Numbered from the stretch's first letter, positions 49,527 through 60,958 are shown. The stretch is 64,000 nucleotides of DNA from Bdellovibrionales bacterium (GCA_965200875.1 OZ241456.1:320001-384000), one strand, 5' to 3'. Notes: a model not told the origin generated them from the sequence alone. Translations and numbers: made by a program.

Positions 49527-51578
49527 ATGAAAAGTAACACAAAGCAACCTGCAAACTTTCATTTGGTGTCGGATTACTCTCCAGCCGGGGATCAGCCTTC
49601 GGCAATACGGCAGATTTGTGAGGGGTTAAAAGCTGGTGAGAAGTATCATACTTTATTAGGTGTAACCGGTTCCGGAAAAACCTTTACTATGGCTAATATC
49701 ATTCAGGAGATGAAAATGCCGGTTTTAACGCTCGCACCTAACAAAACTTTGGCCGCTCAGCTGTTTGCTGAGTTTAGAGAGCTATTCCCTAAGAATGCCG
49801 TGGAATATTTTGTCAGTTATTATGATTATTATCAGCCGGAAGCTTATATTCCCGCTACCGACACTTATATTGAAAAAGACGCCAGCATTAATGATCAAAT
49901 TGATCGCATGAGGCATTCTGCCACGATGGCTTTGCTGGAAAGAAAAGATGTTATTATTGTTAGTAGTGTATCCTGTATTTATGGCTTAGGTAGTCCTGAA
50001 ACCTACAGGAATTTAAAAGTGCATGTGAGCCTGAATCAAAATTTGGACAGAGATCAGTTTTTAAAATCTTTGGTGGATATTCAATATCAGAGAAAGGATT
50101 TTGATTTTCACAGAGGGGTTTTTCGTGTTCGAGGGGACACAGTGGATATTTTTCCCGCTTATGAGGAGAATAAGGCTTTTCGAATTGAGTTTTTTGGCGA
50201 CTACATTGATTTTATTGGCCAAGTGGATCCTCTGCGTGGGGAAGTTTTGAAAGAGCTTGAGGAACTTTCCATTTATCCATCCAGTCACTATGTTAGCACA
50301 GAACAGGAAAACGAAAAGGCTGTTAGATCCATTAAAGAGGAATTAAAACATCATCTCAGGATATTAATTAATAAAAAATTGCAGACAGAACATGACAGGC
50401 TTAAAAGGAGAACTCTTTATGACTTGGAGATGATAGAAGAAATGGGCACTTGTCCTGGTGTGGAAAATTATTCCCGGCATTTTACGGGTCGTGCGGCTGG
50501 TGAACCTCCTCCCACCTTGCTGGAGTATTTTCCGAAAGATTGGCTTTTGTTTATTGATGAAAGTCATATCAGTATTCCTCAAGTGGGAGGAATGTACAGA
50601 GGGGACAGAAGCCGAAAAGAGAACTTGGTTCAGCACGGGTTTCGTCTTCCATCTGCCTTGGATAATCGTCCTTTAAATTTTCAGGAGTTTGAAAAATCGC
50701 TTAATCGAGTGGTGTATGTGTCTGCGACTCCAGGAGATTTTGAAATTCAAAAAAACGCAGGAGTGGTGGTGGAGCAAATTATTCGTCCCACGGGTTTGTT
50801 GGATCCGGAAATATTTATTCGTTCCACGGCGAAACAAGTAGAAAATTTACTGATGGAAATTAAAAAAAGAGAAAAAAAGCAGGAAAGAGTTTTGGTTGTA
50901 ACTTTAACAAAAAAAATGGCAGAAAATTTAACAGCGCACTATCAATCAAAAGGGTTAAGGGTAAAGTATCTTCATAGTGATATAAAAACCATTGAAAGAA
51001 TGGAGTTGATACGAGACCTGCGTATGGGGGTGTTTCAGGTTTTGATAGGCATTAATCTTTTAAGGGAAGGTCTGGATCTGCCGGAGGTGAGTTTGGTGGC
51101 TGTTATGGATGCTGACAAAGAGGGATTTTTACGGTCCCGCAGATCTTTAATTCAAATTATTGGAAGAGCGGCCCGACATATTGATGGAAAGGTGATCCTA
51201 TATGCTGACAAAAAGACAGATTCCATTAAGGTTGCTGTGGAGGAAACCAACCGGCGGAGAAAACTGCAGCAAGCTTTTAATAAAAAGCATAACATTAAAA
51301 TTCGCGGAGTGAAAAAACCAGCACCTAAAGGATTGATGGAAATTTATGGTTATGAAGGTGAACTGGAAAAAGATTTATTGGTAAAGAAAGGCCGGAGAAA
51401 GAACCAAAAAAAACAAAGCGGTAAAACTCTGGAAGATGGGGAGTTTTTAAAAAAGGAAGTTGCTTTTTTGAAAGAGGAAATGAAAAAAGCCTCTGAGAAA
51501 CTGGATTTTGAAAGAGCTGTGGAGTTAAGGGACAAAATAAAACGATTACAGATAAAAGAAATGACTCTCAGGGAGTAA
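49527..51578 (+). CDS. uvrB: Excinuclease ABC subunit B
   Basis: LLGVTGSGKT, YYDYYQPEAY and GINLLREGLD motifs; C-terminal UVR domain. Confidence 0.97.
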   Translation: MKSNTKQPANFHLVSDYSPAGDQPSAIRQICEGLKAGEKYHTLLGVTGSGKTFTMANIIQEMKMPVLTLAPNKTLAAQLFAEFRELFPKNAVEYFVSYYDYYQPEAYIPATDTYIEKDASINDQIDRMRHSATMALLERKDVIIVSSVSCIYGLGSPETYRNLKVHVSLNQNLDRDQFLKSLVDIQYQRKDFDFHRGVFRVRGDTVDIFPAYEENKAFRIEFFGDYIDFIGQVDPLRGEVLKELEELSIYPSSHYVSTEQENEKAVRSIKEELKHHLRILINKKLQTEHDRLKRRTLYDLEMIEEMGTCPGVENYSRHFTGRAAGEPPPTLLEYFPKDWLLFIDESHISIPQVGGMYRGDRSRKENLVQHGFRLPSALDNRPLNFQEFEKSLNRVVYVSATPGDFEIQKNAGVVVEQIIRPTGLLDPEIFIRSTAKQVENLLMEIKKREKKQERVLVVTLTKKMAENLTAHYQSKGLRVKYLHSDIKTIERMELIRDLRMGVFQVLIGINLLREGLDLPEVSLVAVMDADKEGFLRSRRSLIQIIGRAARHIDGKVILYADKKTDSIKVAVEETNRRRKLQQAFNKKHNIKIRGVKKPAPKGLMEIYGYEGELEKDLLVKKGRRKNQKKQSGKTLEDGEFLKKEVAFLKEEMKKASEKLDFERAVELRDKIKRLQIKEMTLRE

Positions 51579-51612
51579 TCAGAGGGAGGGGAATAACCTC
51601 ATAATTTTTTGT

Positions 51613-53781
51613 TCAGTTTAAAGATTTTTTTTGAACCAGATTGGATTGAAAATTCACTTGATCAAAAGCAATATTCACTGCTTCCTGAATATCAGGCCGT
51701 TCCATGTATTTCTTTTTAATCACTTCCTCTGGTTTTTCCACGCTTTCTTCAGATTTTTTTTCCAAAGCTTTTTCATTATTGTTTTTCTTTTCTTTTTCAT
51801 TTTCTGCTTTTTTTGCCTTATCAAATATTTGAGCGATAGTGGTCACATATCCCTTAAGTTTTTTGTTCCGCATTTCCAAAATATCTTTTTCAATTTCCTG
51901 GAATTTTTCATTTTTCTTTATTCGAAGATGAGATTTTTTACGGAGAGAAGAAATCAGATCTAGTGTAACAGGGCTCCATTTTTCCTCTTTATTGGAAACA
52001 TCGAAAGCTGATTTTGAGATAAATCTATCAATTTTTCTTTCAGATAGTACATAATCCAATGTTTTCTCTCCAATTTCATCGTTGGAAAACATACTAGGGA
52101 AGGAAATGTCAGACTTTACACCTTTTAACTGAGTGGAAAATCCACTGGGAATAAAAAACATTCCTACTGTAACACGAATGGAACCTAAGCCAAAACGCAA
52201 CCGCTCCACAGACTGTATACTGCCTTTTCCAAAAGTATGATCCCCTCCTACAATCAGTGCTCTTTTATAGGATTTTAAAGTTCCCGAAACAATTTCCGAA
52301 GCACTGGCACTTACTCGGTTTACCAAAACAACCAAAGGTCCTGAGTATTCAATAGTTTCATCCACATCAGATAAAGTTAGATAACGATCACCACTTTTTG
52401 TCTTAACTTGTTGACGCACAACACTTCCCTTTGCAAAAAATAACCCTGCTAATTGTACGGCTTCCGTTAGAGAACCGCCTCCATTATTGGACATATCCAA
52501 AACAATGGCAGATACTTTGGCTTTCTTCGCATTGGTCAGTAGTTTTCTCACATCATTGGTAACAGAACGTCCTCCTGGACGTCCCTCTCCGTAAAAAGAA
52601 GGAAGTTGAATAACACCCACCTTAATTGATTTATTATCTTCTCCACGTTCAAAATAATGAATGTTCGCGGCTTGATCATCTAAGTTGACTCGATCACGAA
52701 TCAAACGCACATTAAATATTGTTTTCTTTTCTTTGTCATTTATCCTCATAATTTTTAAGTACACAGGGGTTCCTTTTTTTCCGCGGATCATGCTCACCAC
52801 ATCCCTTAAAATCATATTAAAAATATTTATCATTTTTGTAGTAGACTGTCCGACTGCCAAAATTTTATCTTTGGGCTTTAATTTGCCGGAACGAGCGGCC
52901 GCTCCTCCAGGAATAAGCTTCTCAATAACAGTATACCCATATTTGGAACTAAGGCTGGCTCCAATGCCCTCTAAAGAAAGCTTCATATTAATTTCAAAAT
53001 CTTCATGATCCTCCTGTGAAAGATAGCCAGAGTGAGGATCAAAGCCTCTGGCAAAGCTTTTCAGATACATGGAATACCATTCGTAGGGTTTGCAAACAGC
53101 AACTTTGCCGTAAGATTTTCTTTTCTTGTAACATTTTTTCTTTTCTTTATCCGACAAATTAACTGACCAGCTTTTTATTTCTTTATGCAAGCGGTTGTAA
53201 CTATGCAACACACTTTGTTTTGCCTCCTCTACCTGTTTTTCATAATCCTTCTTATCACTGGCAATGATGGCATTGGCCATTTGATACTGAATATACTTTT
53301 TATGAAACTTATTAATTTGGCGCATGGTTTTACGCCTTGGTCTTTTTCTAGGATCCAAGGTTAATTTAATCATCGGATCCAGAATAAATTTTTGTTGCAG
53401 ATATTCTTTTGCAAATCGTACACGCTCAGACACTCTTTTCGCGTAAAGGTCATACACTCTGTCCAAGTGGGAACAATCACTTTTTTGTATTTTAACGAAA
53501 ATATTTTTCAACTTCTTTTTAATATTGTTAATATCTGATTGAGTGAAATATAGTTTTTCAGAATCCAGAGACTTGAGAAATTGATCTCTTACCCTTTTTT
53601 CCAAATCAGACATCATGGTTTTGAAGCGTGTGCTTTTTCTGTCCAAATTGGAAAAATTAATATGCAAATCCAGATATTTTTTCTGAATATCGTGTATATA
53701 ATCACATTCCAAAATGATCGCATATAAATTCGATGAAAAAAGAAATATTAAAAAAACCAAAATATTTTTCATTGAAATCAA
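51613..53781 (-). CDS. prc: Carboxy-terminal processing protease (S41, Prc/Tsp)
   Basis: DPHSGY, PDZ domain, NGGGSL and SASASEI...GKG motifs. Confidence 0.9.
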   Translation of the reverse strand: MISMKNILVFLIFLFSSNLYAIILECDYIHDIQKKYLDLHINFSNLDRKSTRFKTMMSDLEKRVRDQFLKSLDSEKLYFTQSDINNIKKKLKNIFVKIQKSDCSHLDRVYDLYAKRVSERVRFAKEYLQQKFILDPMIKLTLDPRKRPRRKTMRQINKFHKKYIQYQMANAIIASDKKDYEKQVEEAKQSVLHSYNRLHKEIKSWSVNLSDKEKKKCYKKRKSYGKVAVCKPYEWYSMYLKSFARGFDPHSGYLSQEDHEDFEINMKLSLEGIGASLSSKYGYTVIEKLIPGGAAARSGKLKPKDKILAVGQSTTKMINIFNMILRDVVSMIRGKKGTPVYLKIMRINDKEKKTIFNVRLIRDRVNLDDQAANIHYFERGEDNKSIKVGVIQLPSFYGEGRPGGRSVTNDVRKLLTNAKKAKVSAIVLDMSNNGGGSLTEAVQLAGLFFAKGSVVRQQVKTKSGDRYLTLSDVDETIEYSGPLVVLVNRVSASASEIVSGTLKSYKRALIVGGDHTFGKGSIQSVERLRFGLGSIRVTVGMFFIPSGFSTQLKGVKSDISFPSMFSNDEIGEKTLDYVLSERKIDRFISKSAFDVSNKEEKWSPVTLDLISSLRKKSHLRIKKNEKFQEIEKDILEMRNKKLKGYVTTIAQIFDKAKKAENEKEKKNNNEKALEKKSEESVEKPEEVIKKKYMERPDIQEAVNIAFDQVNFQSNLVQKKSLN

Positions 53782-53784
53782 ATT

Positions 53785-56475
53785 TTACCTCACTTTTTTC
53801 TTTTTTGTAGTGTTTCCAGAAGATTTTTTCTTTCTGGATCGCGATGTTGTCTTTTTTTTGCCGATTTTCTTTTTACTGGACTTTTTCTTACTGGATTTTA
53901 CAGATTTTTTAGATTTCCGGGATTTCACGCCTTCTTCAATCAGCTTTAAAACAGTCTTCAAATCCAAATCATCCTCTTTTAAATTTGGAGGTAATGAATG
54001 GTTTTTTTTATTATATTTAATGTAAGGGCCATAACGTCCCTTCATTAATTGAATAGGTGTTTTAGATTCAGGATGTTTAAACTCCTTTAACACGCGTGAA
54101 GAGCGACCCTTGGGTTCACTCAACCTTTGAATGGCGTATTTCAAGTCGATATCAAAAAATGTATCCGCCGGTACAGAGCGAAAATCTCCTGCATGCACAA
54201 TATAAGGGCCAAAGCGCCCCACGGATTTCTTAATTTCTTTACCTGTTTCCGGGTGTTCACCTAAGGTTTTAGGCAACTCCAATAATTTTAAAGCACCATC
54301 CAGAGTAATGTTTTTTTCATCAAAAAACGGTGTAATGGTAGCCGTTTTATTTTTTTTTCGGGATTTATTCTTTCCCTTTTTAACTGTTTTATCCTCTTTG
54401 CTTTCACTGTTTTTATTCTCATCATTTGTGCCTAATCGCACATAAGGGCCAAAGCGTCCCAGAACAACAAACACTTCCTGACCTGTTTTAGGGTCTTTTC
54501 CCAAAGACCTCCCCCCTGTTATTTTATGCTCAATAATTTGATCAATTATCTCTTTTGTGATTTCACCGGGATAAATATCTGTCGGCAACGAAGCAGATAT
54601 ATCCTCTTTACCATTTTTTCTACACACATAAGCTCCAAAAGGTCCTACTTTAAAGGAATACTCTTCAAAACCTTTCAAAATCAAGGATCGAAAAGTTTGA
54701 TCTTTCGTGCGCTTTTCATGCGTTTCCACTAATTTTTTCAGACCTTTTGGCCCCAGGTAAACTGATTTAAGATATTTTACATGGTTTTTTTTGCCACTAG
54801 CGATGTCATCTAAGTCTTTCTCCATTTCAGAAGTAAATTGCATATCCACATAATCTGGAAAATTTTTCTGTAAAAAGTGATTTACAATCAAAGCTGTAAA
54901 GGTGGGAATAAGTGTATTTTGTTTTTTCTCCACATAACCCCTGTCCTGAATAGTGCTGATGATACTGGCATAAGTGGAAGGGCGTCCCACCCCTTCTTTT
55001 TCCAATTTCTGAATAAGAGAAGCTTCTGTGTATCGAGCGGGAGGTTTTGTTTCATGTTTAACCGTTGATACTTTCAGGCATTGCACTTCGTCGCCTTTTT
55101 TTAAAGCCGGGAGCTGAACTTCATCTGTTATTTGATCCTTATATACCAAATAAAACCCTGGAAAACGAATTGTCACTCCTGAACTTTGAAAAACAGAAGA
55201 TTTCGCTTTCATTTTTACCCGTGTTTGATTTTGCTCGCAATTTTTCATCTGTGAAGATAAAGTCCTCTTCCATATCAGATCATACAAACTTAATATCTGC
55301 CCGCTTAAACCTGTTTTATCAGGAGCGATAAAGTGTTCTCCAGCAGGACGGATGGCTTCATGCGCCTCCTGCGCGCCTTTGGCTTTTTTACGGTACACTC
55401 TTGGAGTGGGAGGCAGATTATTTTTTCCATATATACTGGATACTGCCGAACGGGTAGCTTGTAAAGCCTGTGCAGACAAAAAAGTGGAATCCGTCCTCAT
55501 ATAAGTGATTAAACCCTGTTCATACAGTTTTTGAGCCAAGCTCATTATTTGTTTGGAGGAAAAGTTTAGTTTTCTATTACCCTCCTGTTGAAGGGTGGAA
55601 GTAATAAACGGCGGAGGTGGTTTTCTGGAAATTTTTTTATTTTCCACTTCTAGGACTTTAAATTTTTCACCTGACAAGGTTTTTTGCAGTTTTATAGCCT
55701 CTTTTTCTCCCATTATTAACACATTCTGGTTTTTTAATTCCCCAGTTTTACTGTCGAAATTAGAGCTACGCGCAAGTTTTTTTCCTTTGTGCTCAATTAA
55801 ACGGCTTTTGAACACATTGGAGTTTCCTTTTTTATGTACTCCCTCTAAATCCCAATACACACTCTTTTTAAAGGATAGACGCTCCAATTCCCTGTCACTT
55901 ACCAAAGCCACTGCCACAGACTGCACTCGTCCAGCGGAAAGCCCCCGTGTGACTTTTTTCCACAACACTGGCGAAATACTATACCCTACCAAGCGATCCA
56001 AAATACGACGCGCTTCCTGTGCCTGCACCAAATTATGATCCACCGGTCTGAAATTTTTCAAAGCTTCCTGAATCGCGGTTTTTGTTATTTCGTGAAAAAC
56101 CATCCTCTTGACGGGAATTTTAGGCTTTAAAAGCTCCTGAAGATGCCAAGAAATACTTTCTCCTTCACGATCTTCATCTGTTGCTAATATCAACTCTTTT
56201 ACTGAACTGATTTTTTTCTTCAATTTTTTTACTATTTCTTTTTTTTCGCCGGGAATACAATAAACCGGTTGAAAGTTATTTTCCACATTCACACCAAAAT
56301 GCGCCCAAGATTTTTTTCGTATTTGCTCCGGCAACTCTTTGGCGGAACTAGGTAAATCCCTTATATGTCCCATACAGGATTCCACGGCGTAATCTCTGCC
56401 CAGAAAACGGCTGATCGTTTTAGCCTTGACAGGGGATTCCACGATAACCAATTTTTTTTCTTTTGATTTTGACAT
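53785..56475 (-). CDS. topA: DNA topoisomerase I
   Basis: IVESPVKAKT, DEDREGE, SAGRVQS and ITYMRTDS motifs; Toprim-C repeats GRFGPY; Lys-rich tail. Confidence 0.96.
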   Translation of the reverse strand: MSKSKEKKLVIVESPVKAKTISRFLGRDYAVESCMGHIRDLPSSAKELPEQIRKKSWAHFGVNVENNFQPVYCIPGEKKEIVKKLKKKISSVKELILATDEDREGESISWHLQELLKPKIPVKRMVFHEITKTAIQEALKNFRPVDHNLVQAQEARRILDRLVGYSISPVLWKKVTRGLSAGRVQSVAVALVSDRELERLSFKKSVYWDLEGVHKKGNSNVFKSRLIEHKGKKLARSSNFDSKTGELKNQNVLIMGEKEAIKLQKTLSGEKFKVLEVENKKISRKPPPPFITSTLQQEGNRKLNFSSKQIMSLAQKLYEQGLITYMRTDSTFLSAQALQATRSAVSSIYGKNNLPPTPRVYRKKAKGAQEAHEAIRPAGEHFIAPDKTGLSGQILSLYDLIWKRTLSSQMKNCEQNQTRVKMKAKSSVFQSSGVTIRFPGFYLVYKDQITDEVQLPALKKGDEVQCLKVSTVKHETKPPARYTEASLIQKLEKEGVGRPSTYASIISTIQDRGYVEKKQNTLIPTFTALIVNHFLQKNFPDYVDMQFTSEMEKDLDDIASGKKNHVKYLKSVYLGPKGLKKLVETHEKRTKDQTFRSLILKGFEEYSFKVGPFGAYVCRKNGKEDISASLPTDIYPGEITKEIIDQIIEHKITGGRSLGKDPKTGQEVFVVLGRFGPYVRLGTNDENKNSESKEDKTVKKGKNKSRKKNKTATITPFFDEKNITLDGALKLLELPKTLGEHPETGKEIKKSVGRFGPYIVHAGDFRSVPADTFFDIDLKYAIQRLSEPKGRSSRVLKEFKHPESKTPIQLMKGRYGPYIKYNKKNHSLPPNLKEDDLDLKTVLKLIEEGVKSRKSKKSVKSSKKKSSKKKIGKKKTTSRSRKKKSSGNTTKKKKVR

Positions 56476-56503
56476 ATTTCACCCATCTGTTTGCTTTATA
56501 AGC

Positions 56504-56731
56504 CTAACGATATCTGTATATTATCAAACCCAGTGTGAGATCATGAGGAGAAAACCCCACTGTCACTCTGTCTCCATTAACCACTTGAATATTGTATTTA
56601 CGCATTTTACCACAAAGCCTAGCCGACACTTCAATCTCTTTTTTTTCCAGCTGCACCTTGTATAACCCGTTAGAGCATACTTTTACAATTTGACCGTCAA
56701 ATTGAACTAATTCAGATTTTGGCATAATCAT
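56504..56731 (-). CDS. infA: Translation initiation factor IF-1
   Basis: GKMRKYNI...GDRV...DLT.G.IIYR. Confidence 0.9.
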   Translation of the reverse strand: MIMPKSELVQFDGQIVKVCSNGLYKVQLEKKEIEVSARLCGKMRKYNIQVVNGDRVTVGFSPHDLTLGLIIYRYR

Positions 56732-56780
56732 ATTCCTGTTTGAGAAAAAAGAGTTTTATATTATTGAGTGCCATGAAATT

Positions 56781-57434
56781 TTATCTTAACCTCTTCCCTG
56801 ATTTTGTTTCATTATAATTAGATAAAAGAATTCTCACTTTATCTTTAAATATTACTTCCAAACGATCATTTGTATTACTGATAATCCACCCCCACCCAAA
56901 AACAGGGTGGCTTATGGGAGTTACAGGTTGAAACTGACGGGAAATATTAAAGGGGGTGGGTTTTACGCCTTTTGCTTTTTTATAAAAAGCTTCCCATTTT
57001 TGTTCATTTTCCTGTTTGAGTTTCTCCTCTTTCTTACTTTCAACGGCTTTTTTCCGCGAAGATGTTTTTTTCACAAGGACAGATTTTTCTGGTTTTTTTT
57101 CACCTTTAACTTTTTTTTCAACGGAAACAGACTCCTTTTTATCAGCAGTTTTTTCCGTTGAATGTGTAACGGGTTTTGCTTTTTTAGTCGGGAGAGTGGC
57201 GGATTTCACTGGTTTTTTGTCGACTTTGTTTTTGTCACTGACAGCCTTGGAAACAGCAGATTTACGAAAAGTCTCCTTTGTGGAAGATGATTTTTTCTTT
57301 TTTGCAATCACCTCACTTTTTTTCAAAGCACTTTTTGAAGTGGCAGGTGTTTTCTTTTTACCTGACTGCTTGCCATTGGTGGCTTTTTTTTTGTCTGTAT
57401 TGACTGTTTTCTTTTTAGCGATCTTGGCTGGCAT
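56781..57434 (-). CDS. Lys-rich (histone H1-like) protein with a small C-terminal beta domain
   Basis: AGGAGG RBS before ATG 57434; K/A/S/T-rich N-terminal part; HPVFGWG...RLEVIF. Confidence 0.7.
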   Translation of the reverse strand: MPAKIAKKKTVNTDKKKATNGKQSGKKKTPATSKSALKKSEVIAKKKKSSSTKETFRKSAVSKAVSDKNKVDKKPVKSATLPTKKAKPVTHSTEKTADKKESVSVEKKVKGEKKPEKSVLVKKTSSRKKAVESKKEEKLKQENEQKWEAFYKKAKGVKPTPFNISRQFQPVTPISHPVFGWGWIISNTNDRLEVIFKDKVRILLSNYNETKSGKRLR

Positions 57435-57854
57435 AAAAATATTCCTCCTGATTTTTATTTCATTGCCTGTAAAAAGTATATTCCGAAAATGCCTGACACA
57501 TATTCTATTCTTAAACCTGTTCTCACAAAAATCGGGGACGGGAATCTTGTCAAAAAAATATACTGTTTGCCCGGACAACTACTCAGCCCTTTACTTCAGC
57601 AATAAACTTCACACTAAGCAAGAAAATACACTTTAAGCAAGATTTTTTTCACCTTATATCCAATAATTCTTTTCCAAAACCGGAAATTTGTTATCTTTTG
57701 ACATTATGATCAGGACTTATATCCTGTAACTTTCTGTTTATGATAAACAGATAATTTTTCCGGTTTTATCAGCTGGTTATTAAACATTCCTGCCTTGTTT
57801 TAACCTTATTTTTTTTATATATTTTCAGGGAAACAGGATATAACTTTTATTTTT

Positions 57855-59534
57855 ATGCTCTCAGAAACTGCAAAACAAAAGATGATAATGAACCGCTTTT
57901 ATATTACAACGCCTCTTTATTATGTCAACGACAAACCCCACTTAGGCACTGCCTATAGTACTGTTCTGGCTGATGTTCTCAATCGTTATCATCAACTTGT
58001 GGGATACGAAACTTTTTTTTTAACGGGTGTTGATGAACATGGCCAAAAAGTTAGTCAAGCTGCGAAACAACAAAATATTCCGGTTCAAACTTATTGCGAT
58101 CAAATGTCCAAAAGATTTGAGACCGTTTGGAAATTAATGGATATTTCCTACAATCGCTTTTTCAGAACTACTGCAAAATGGCATAAAAAAGCTGTTCAAA
58201 AGTTTCTGCAAGAACTCCACGACAAAAAACAAATTTATGAATCCACTTATGAAGGCTGGTACTGTGTTAGTGAAGAAACTTTTTATACTTCAAAAGATCT
58301 GATAAACGGAAAATCCCCTTCCGGGAAAGAAGTTATAAAAATAAAAGAAAAAAATTATTTTTTTAAAATGTCCTCCTACCAAAAGCCTTTATTGGAATAT
58401 ATTGACGAAAACCCTGATTTTATCCAGCCCCCTCATCGAAAAAATGAAGTTATAAGCTTTTTAAAGCAGGGGTTGAGTGATTTATGTATCAGTCGACCCA
58501 AAAGCAGAGTGAATTGGGGAGTGGAGATTCCTTTTGACACGGATTATGTGACTTATGTATGGGTGGATGCTTTGCTGAATTATATCACCGGCGTAGGCTG
58601 GCCTCCGCAAAGTGGTGGAGGGAGAAAACAATTCTCTTTCACCAATCCCCTAAAAAGTGAGGACTTTGAAAAGTGGTGGAAAGAAACGGGAGCTGTTCAT
58701 CTGATAGGAAAAGATATTTTAATCACCCATTGCGTATATTGGCCTTGTTTGTTAATGGCTTTGGGAATCAAACTTCCAAAAACCATATTGGCACATGGCT
58801 GGCTTTTGAATCAATCCCAGGAAAAAATGAGTAAATCAAAAGGGGATGTGATGGATCCCTTGAAGATTTTAAACAAATCCTCGGCAGAAAAATCTTCAAA
58901 AAAATTATCCAGCGGGACAGGAAAATCAAACCCAAAGAACAATATACAATTTTTTGATTCAGACAGCCTTCGTTATTTTCTCATTCGGGATGTTCCCTTG
59001 GGAAACGACTCCCCTGTCTCTCATACCCTTATTGCCAACAGAATTAATGAAGACTTAGCCAACAACTTTGGCAATTTAATCAGTAGAACCACAAAAATGA
59101 TTCATCAAGGCTTTGAATCCAAAATTCCTGAAAGAAACTGCAAAACAAGTAAAAACCCCTTGATCGAAAATCTGAGACATAAAGGAATAGAAGTTACAAC
59201 AGAACTAAAGGCAAATCTTCTCCGCCCTCATCTTATACTGGAAAATATTATTAATTTGTTGAATGAAACAAACCGATTTTTGGAAAAAAGTGCTCCTTGG
59301 AAAACCATTAAGACCAATAAGCAGGATACAGGGGCTGTTTTACGATCCGCTCTGGAAATTATTTATTTGTCTGCCGTATTGCTGAAACCGGTTATGCCAA
59401 AAAAAATGGATCAGCTATTAAAAAGCCTCGCTTGCCCGGATGAATGGCCGGTGGAGAACTTTCAAAGCGGTTTTTTTCCAAAAGCCGGTGAAACGATCCA
59501 GGAATTTCCACCTCTTTTTCCCCGTATAAACTAA
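57855..59534 (+). CDS. metG: Methionine--tRNA ligase
   Basis: YITTPLYYVN..HLG, YVWVDAL and KMSKS motifs. Confidence 0.95.
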   Translation: MLSETAKQKMIMNRFYITTPLYYVNDKPHLGTAYSTVLADVLNRYHQLVGYETFFLTGVDEHGQKVSQAAKQQNIPVQTYCDQMSKRFETVWKLMDISYNRFFRTTAKWHKKAVQKFLQELHDKKQIYESTYEGWYCVSEETFYTSKDLINGKSPSGKEVIKIKEKNYFFKMSSYQKPLLEYIDENPDFIQPPHRKNEVISFLKQGLSDLCISRPKSRVNWGVEIPFDTDYVTYVWVDALLNYITGVGWPPQSGGGRKQFSFTNPLKSEDFEKWWKETGAVHLIGKDILITHCVYWPCLLMALGIKLPKTILAHGWLLNQSQEKMSKSKGDVMDPLKILNKSSAEKSSKKLSSGTGKSNPKNNIQFFDSDSLRYFLIRDVPLGNDSPVSHTLIANRINEDLANNFGNLISRTTKMIHQGFESKIPERNCKTSKNPLIENLRHKGIEVTTELKANLLRPHLILENIINLLNETNRFLEKSAPWKTIKTNKQDTGAVLRSALEIIYLSAVLLKPVMPKKMDQLLKSLACPDEWPVENFQSGFFPKAGETIQEFPPLFPRIN

Positions 59535-60958
59535 AAGTCTTTGGAGTAAGAGTCTTTTCTGCGATTGGGTGTGGGAATATTCATGGACTCCCTGTATTTG
59601 GCAATCGTCCGGCGCGCAAGATGCACCCCTAAATCTTCCTTCAGATGATCCATAATATATTGATCAGAAACAGGATCTTTTTTGTTTTCGTTTTTAATGT
59701 AAGATAAAATTTTCAATTTCACTACTTCACCGCTTATCTTTTCCCCTCTGTCTGTTTCAAGACCTGAGTTAAAAAAATATTTAAGCTCATATACACCATG
59801 TGGAGTATGAGCATACTTATTAGTGGTGACACGGCTTACGGTGGATTCATGTACACCGACTTCTTCCGCAATTTGCCTGAGAATCATGGGTTTCATTCCT
59901 ATAGACCCTTTTTTAAAAAATTCCATTTGATGTTTTACGATAGCTGAAGTGACTTTAAACATGGTCTTTTGACGCTGGTTAATGGAGCGAATCAGCCAAA
60001 GTGCAGAGTTCATTTTATGTCGTAAATACCGTTGTGTGGAGTCCAAGGGCAAAACTTTATCATTATCCAGCCCCCCTTTTAACATATCCTGGTACACATG
60101 AGCCACTCTTAAGTGTGGCAAACCCTCTTCATTAATGGATACCCGATATCCATTTTCCTCTTTAATAATATACACATCTGGCGTGACATATTGAATAGGT
60201 TGTGTAACGAAACGGCGACCGGGTTTAGGTTCCATGGCAGTAATGATTTTATACAGATCCATCACTTCCTCTTCTGTCAACCCCATTTTTAAAGCAATAG
60301 CATTAAAGTTCTTGCTTTCCAAATCTGACAGATGGTTTTCAATTAGAGTAATCAGATCTTTAGTGTCTTCTTGATTTTGACGAGCCTGAATCAACAAACA
60401 CTCTTTTAAATTTCTGGCTCCTACTCCGTTGGGATCCAAAGTATGTAATAGCTTGAGTGCCTTTCTTAAGGTGGACAAATTTGTGCCTGTTTCATTGGCT
60501 ATGTGCTCTAGGGGAACAACCAAATAACCATCTTCATTCAAACGATCCACCAGTAAATTCAAATGTGCTTTCTCTTGATTGGAAAAACCACTCATTTGAA
60601 TTTGCCACACCAAGTGATCATAAAGGCTTTGTTCTGTGGAAATAACATTTTCTAGATTAAATACACCATCAGCGGACTTTACCTGAGACTGCCTGGGGCC
60701 TCGCACAGAATAAGTGCTTGTAAACTCCATCCAAGTATGTCTTTCTGGGAGTTCTTCCTGATTGGATAATTCATCCATACTCTGTTCTTCCATTGTATCA
60801 TGTACTTCCTCTAAAACCGGATTTTCCAGCAATTCATCTCTAACCGCTTGCTCTAATTCCATTATAGGGAGAGTAAGAAGTTTTATGGACTGTTGAAGTT
60901 GAGGTGTCATCTTCAGTTTTTGAGCCAGTTTCATTCCCATTTTTAAATGCGCCGACAT
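59531..60958 (-). CDS. rpoN: RNA polymerase sigma-54 factor
   Basis: PQLQQSIKLL, HESTVSR and RpoN box ARRTIAKYR. Confidence 0.96.
   Translation of the reverse strand: MSAHLKMGMKLAQKLKMTPQLQQSIKLLTLPIMELEQAVRDELLENPVLEEVHDTMEEQSMDELSNQEELPERHTWMEFTSTYSVRGPRQSQVKSADGVFNLENVISTEQSLYDHLVWQIQMSGFSNQEKAHLNLLVDRLNEDGYLVVPLEHIANETGTNLSTLRKALKLLHTLDPNGVGARNLKECLLIQARQNQEDTKDLITLIENHLSDLESKNFNAIALKMGLTEEEVMDLYKIITAMEPKPGRRFVTQPIQYVTPDVYIIKEENGYRVSINEEGLPHLRVAHVYQDMLKGGLDNDKVLPLDSTQRYLRHKMNSALWLIRSINQRQKTMFKVTSAIVKHQMEFFKKGSIGMKPMILRQIAEEVGVHESTVSRVTTNKYAHTPHGVYELKYFFNSGLETDRGEKISGEVVKLKILSYIKNENKKDPVSDQYIMDHLKEDLGVHLARRTIAKYRESMNIPTPNRRKDSYSKDF

Noticed and set aside
57016..57636. 206-aa Phe-rich plus-strand ORF
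   Set aside because: Antisense shadow of the Lys-rich gene, which has a clear RBS.
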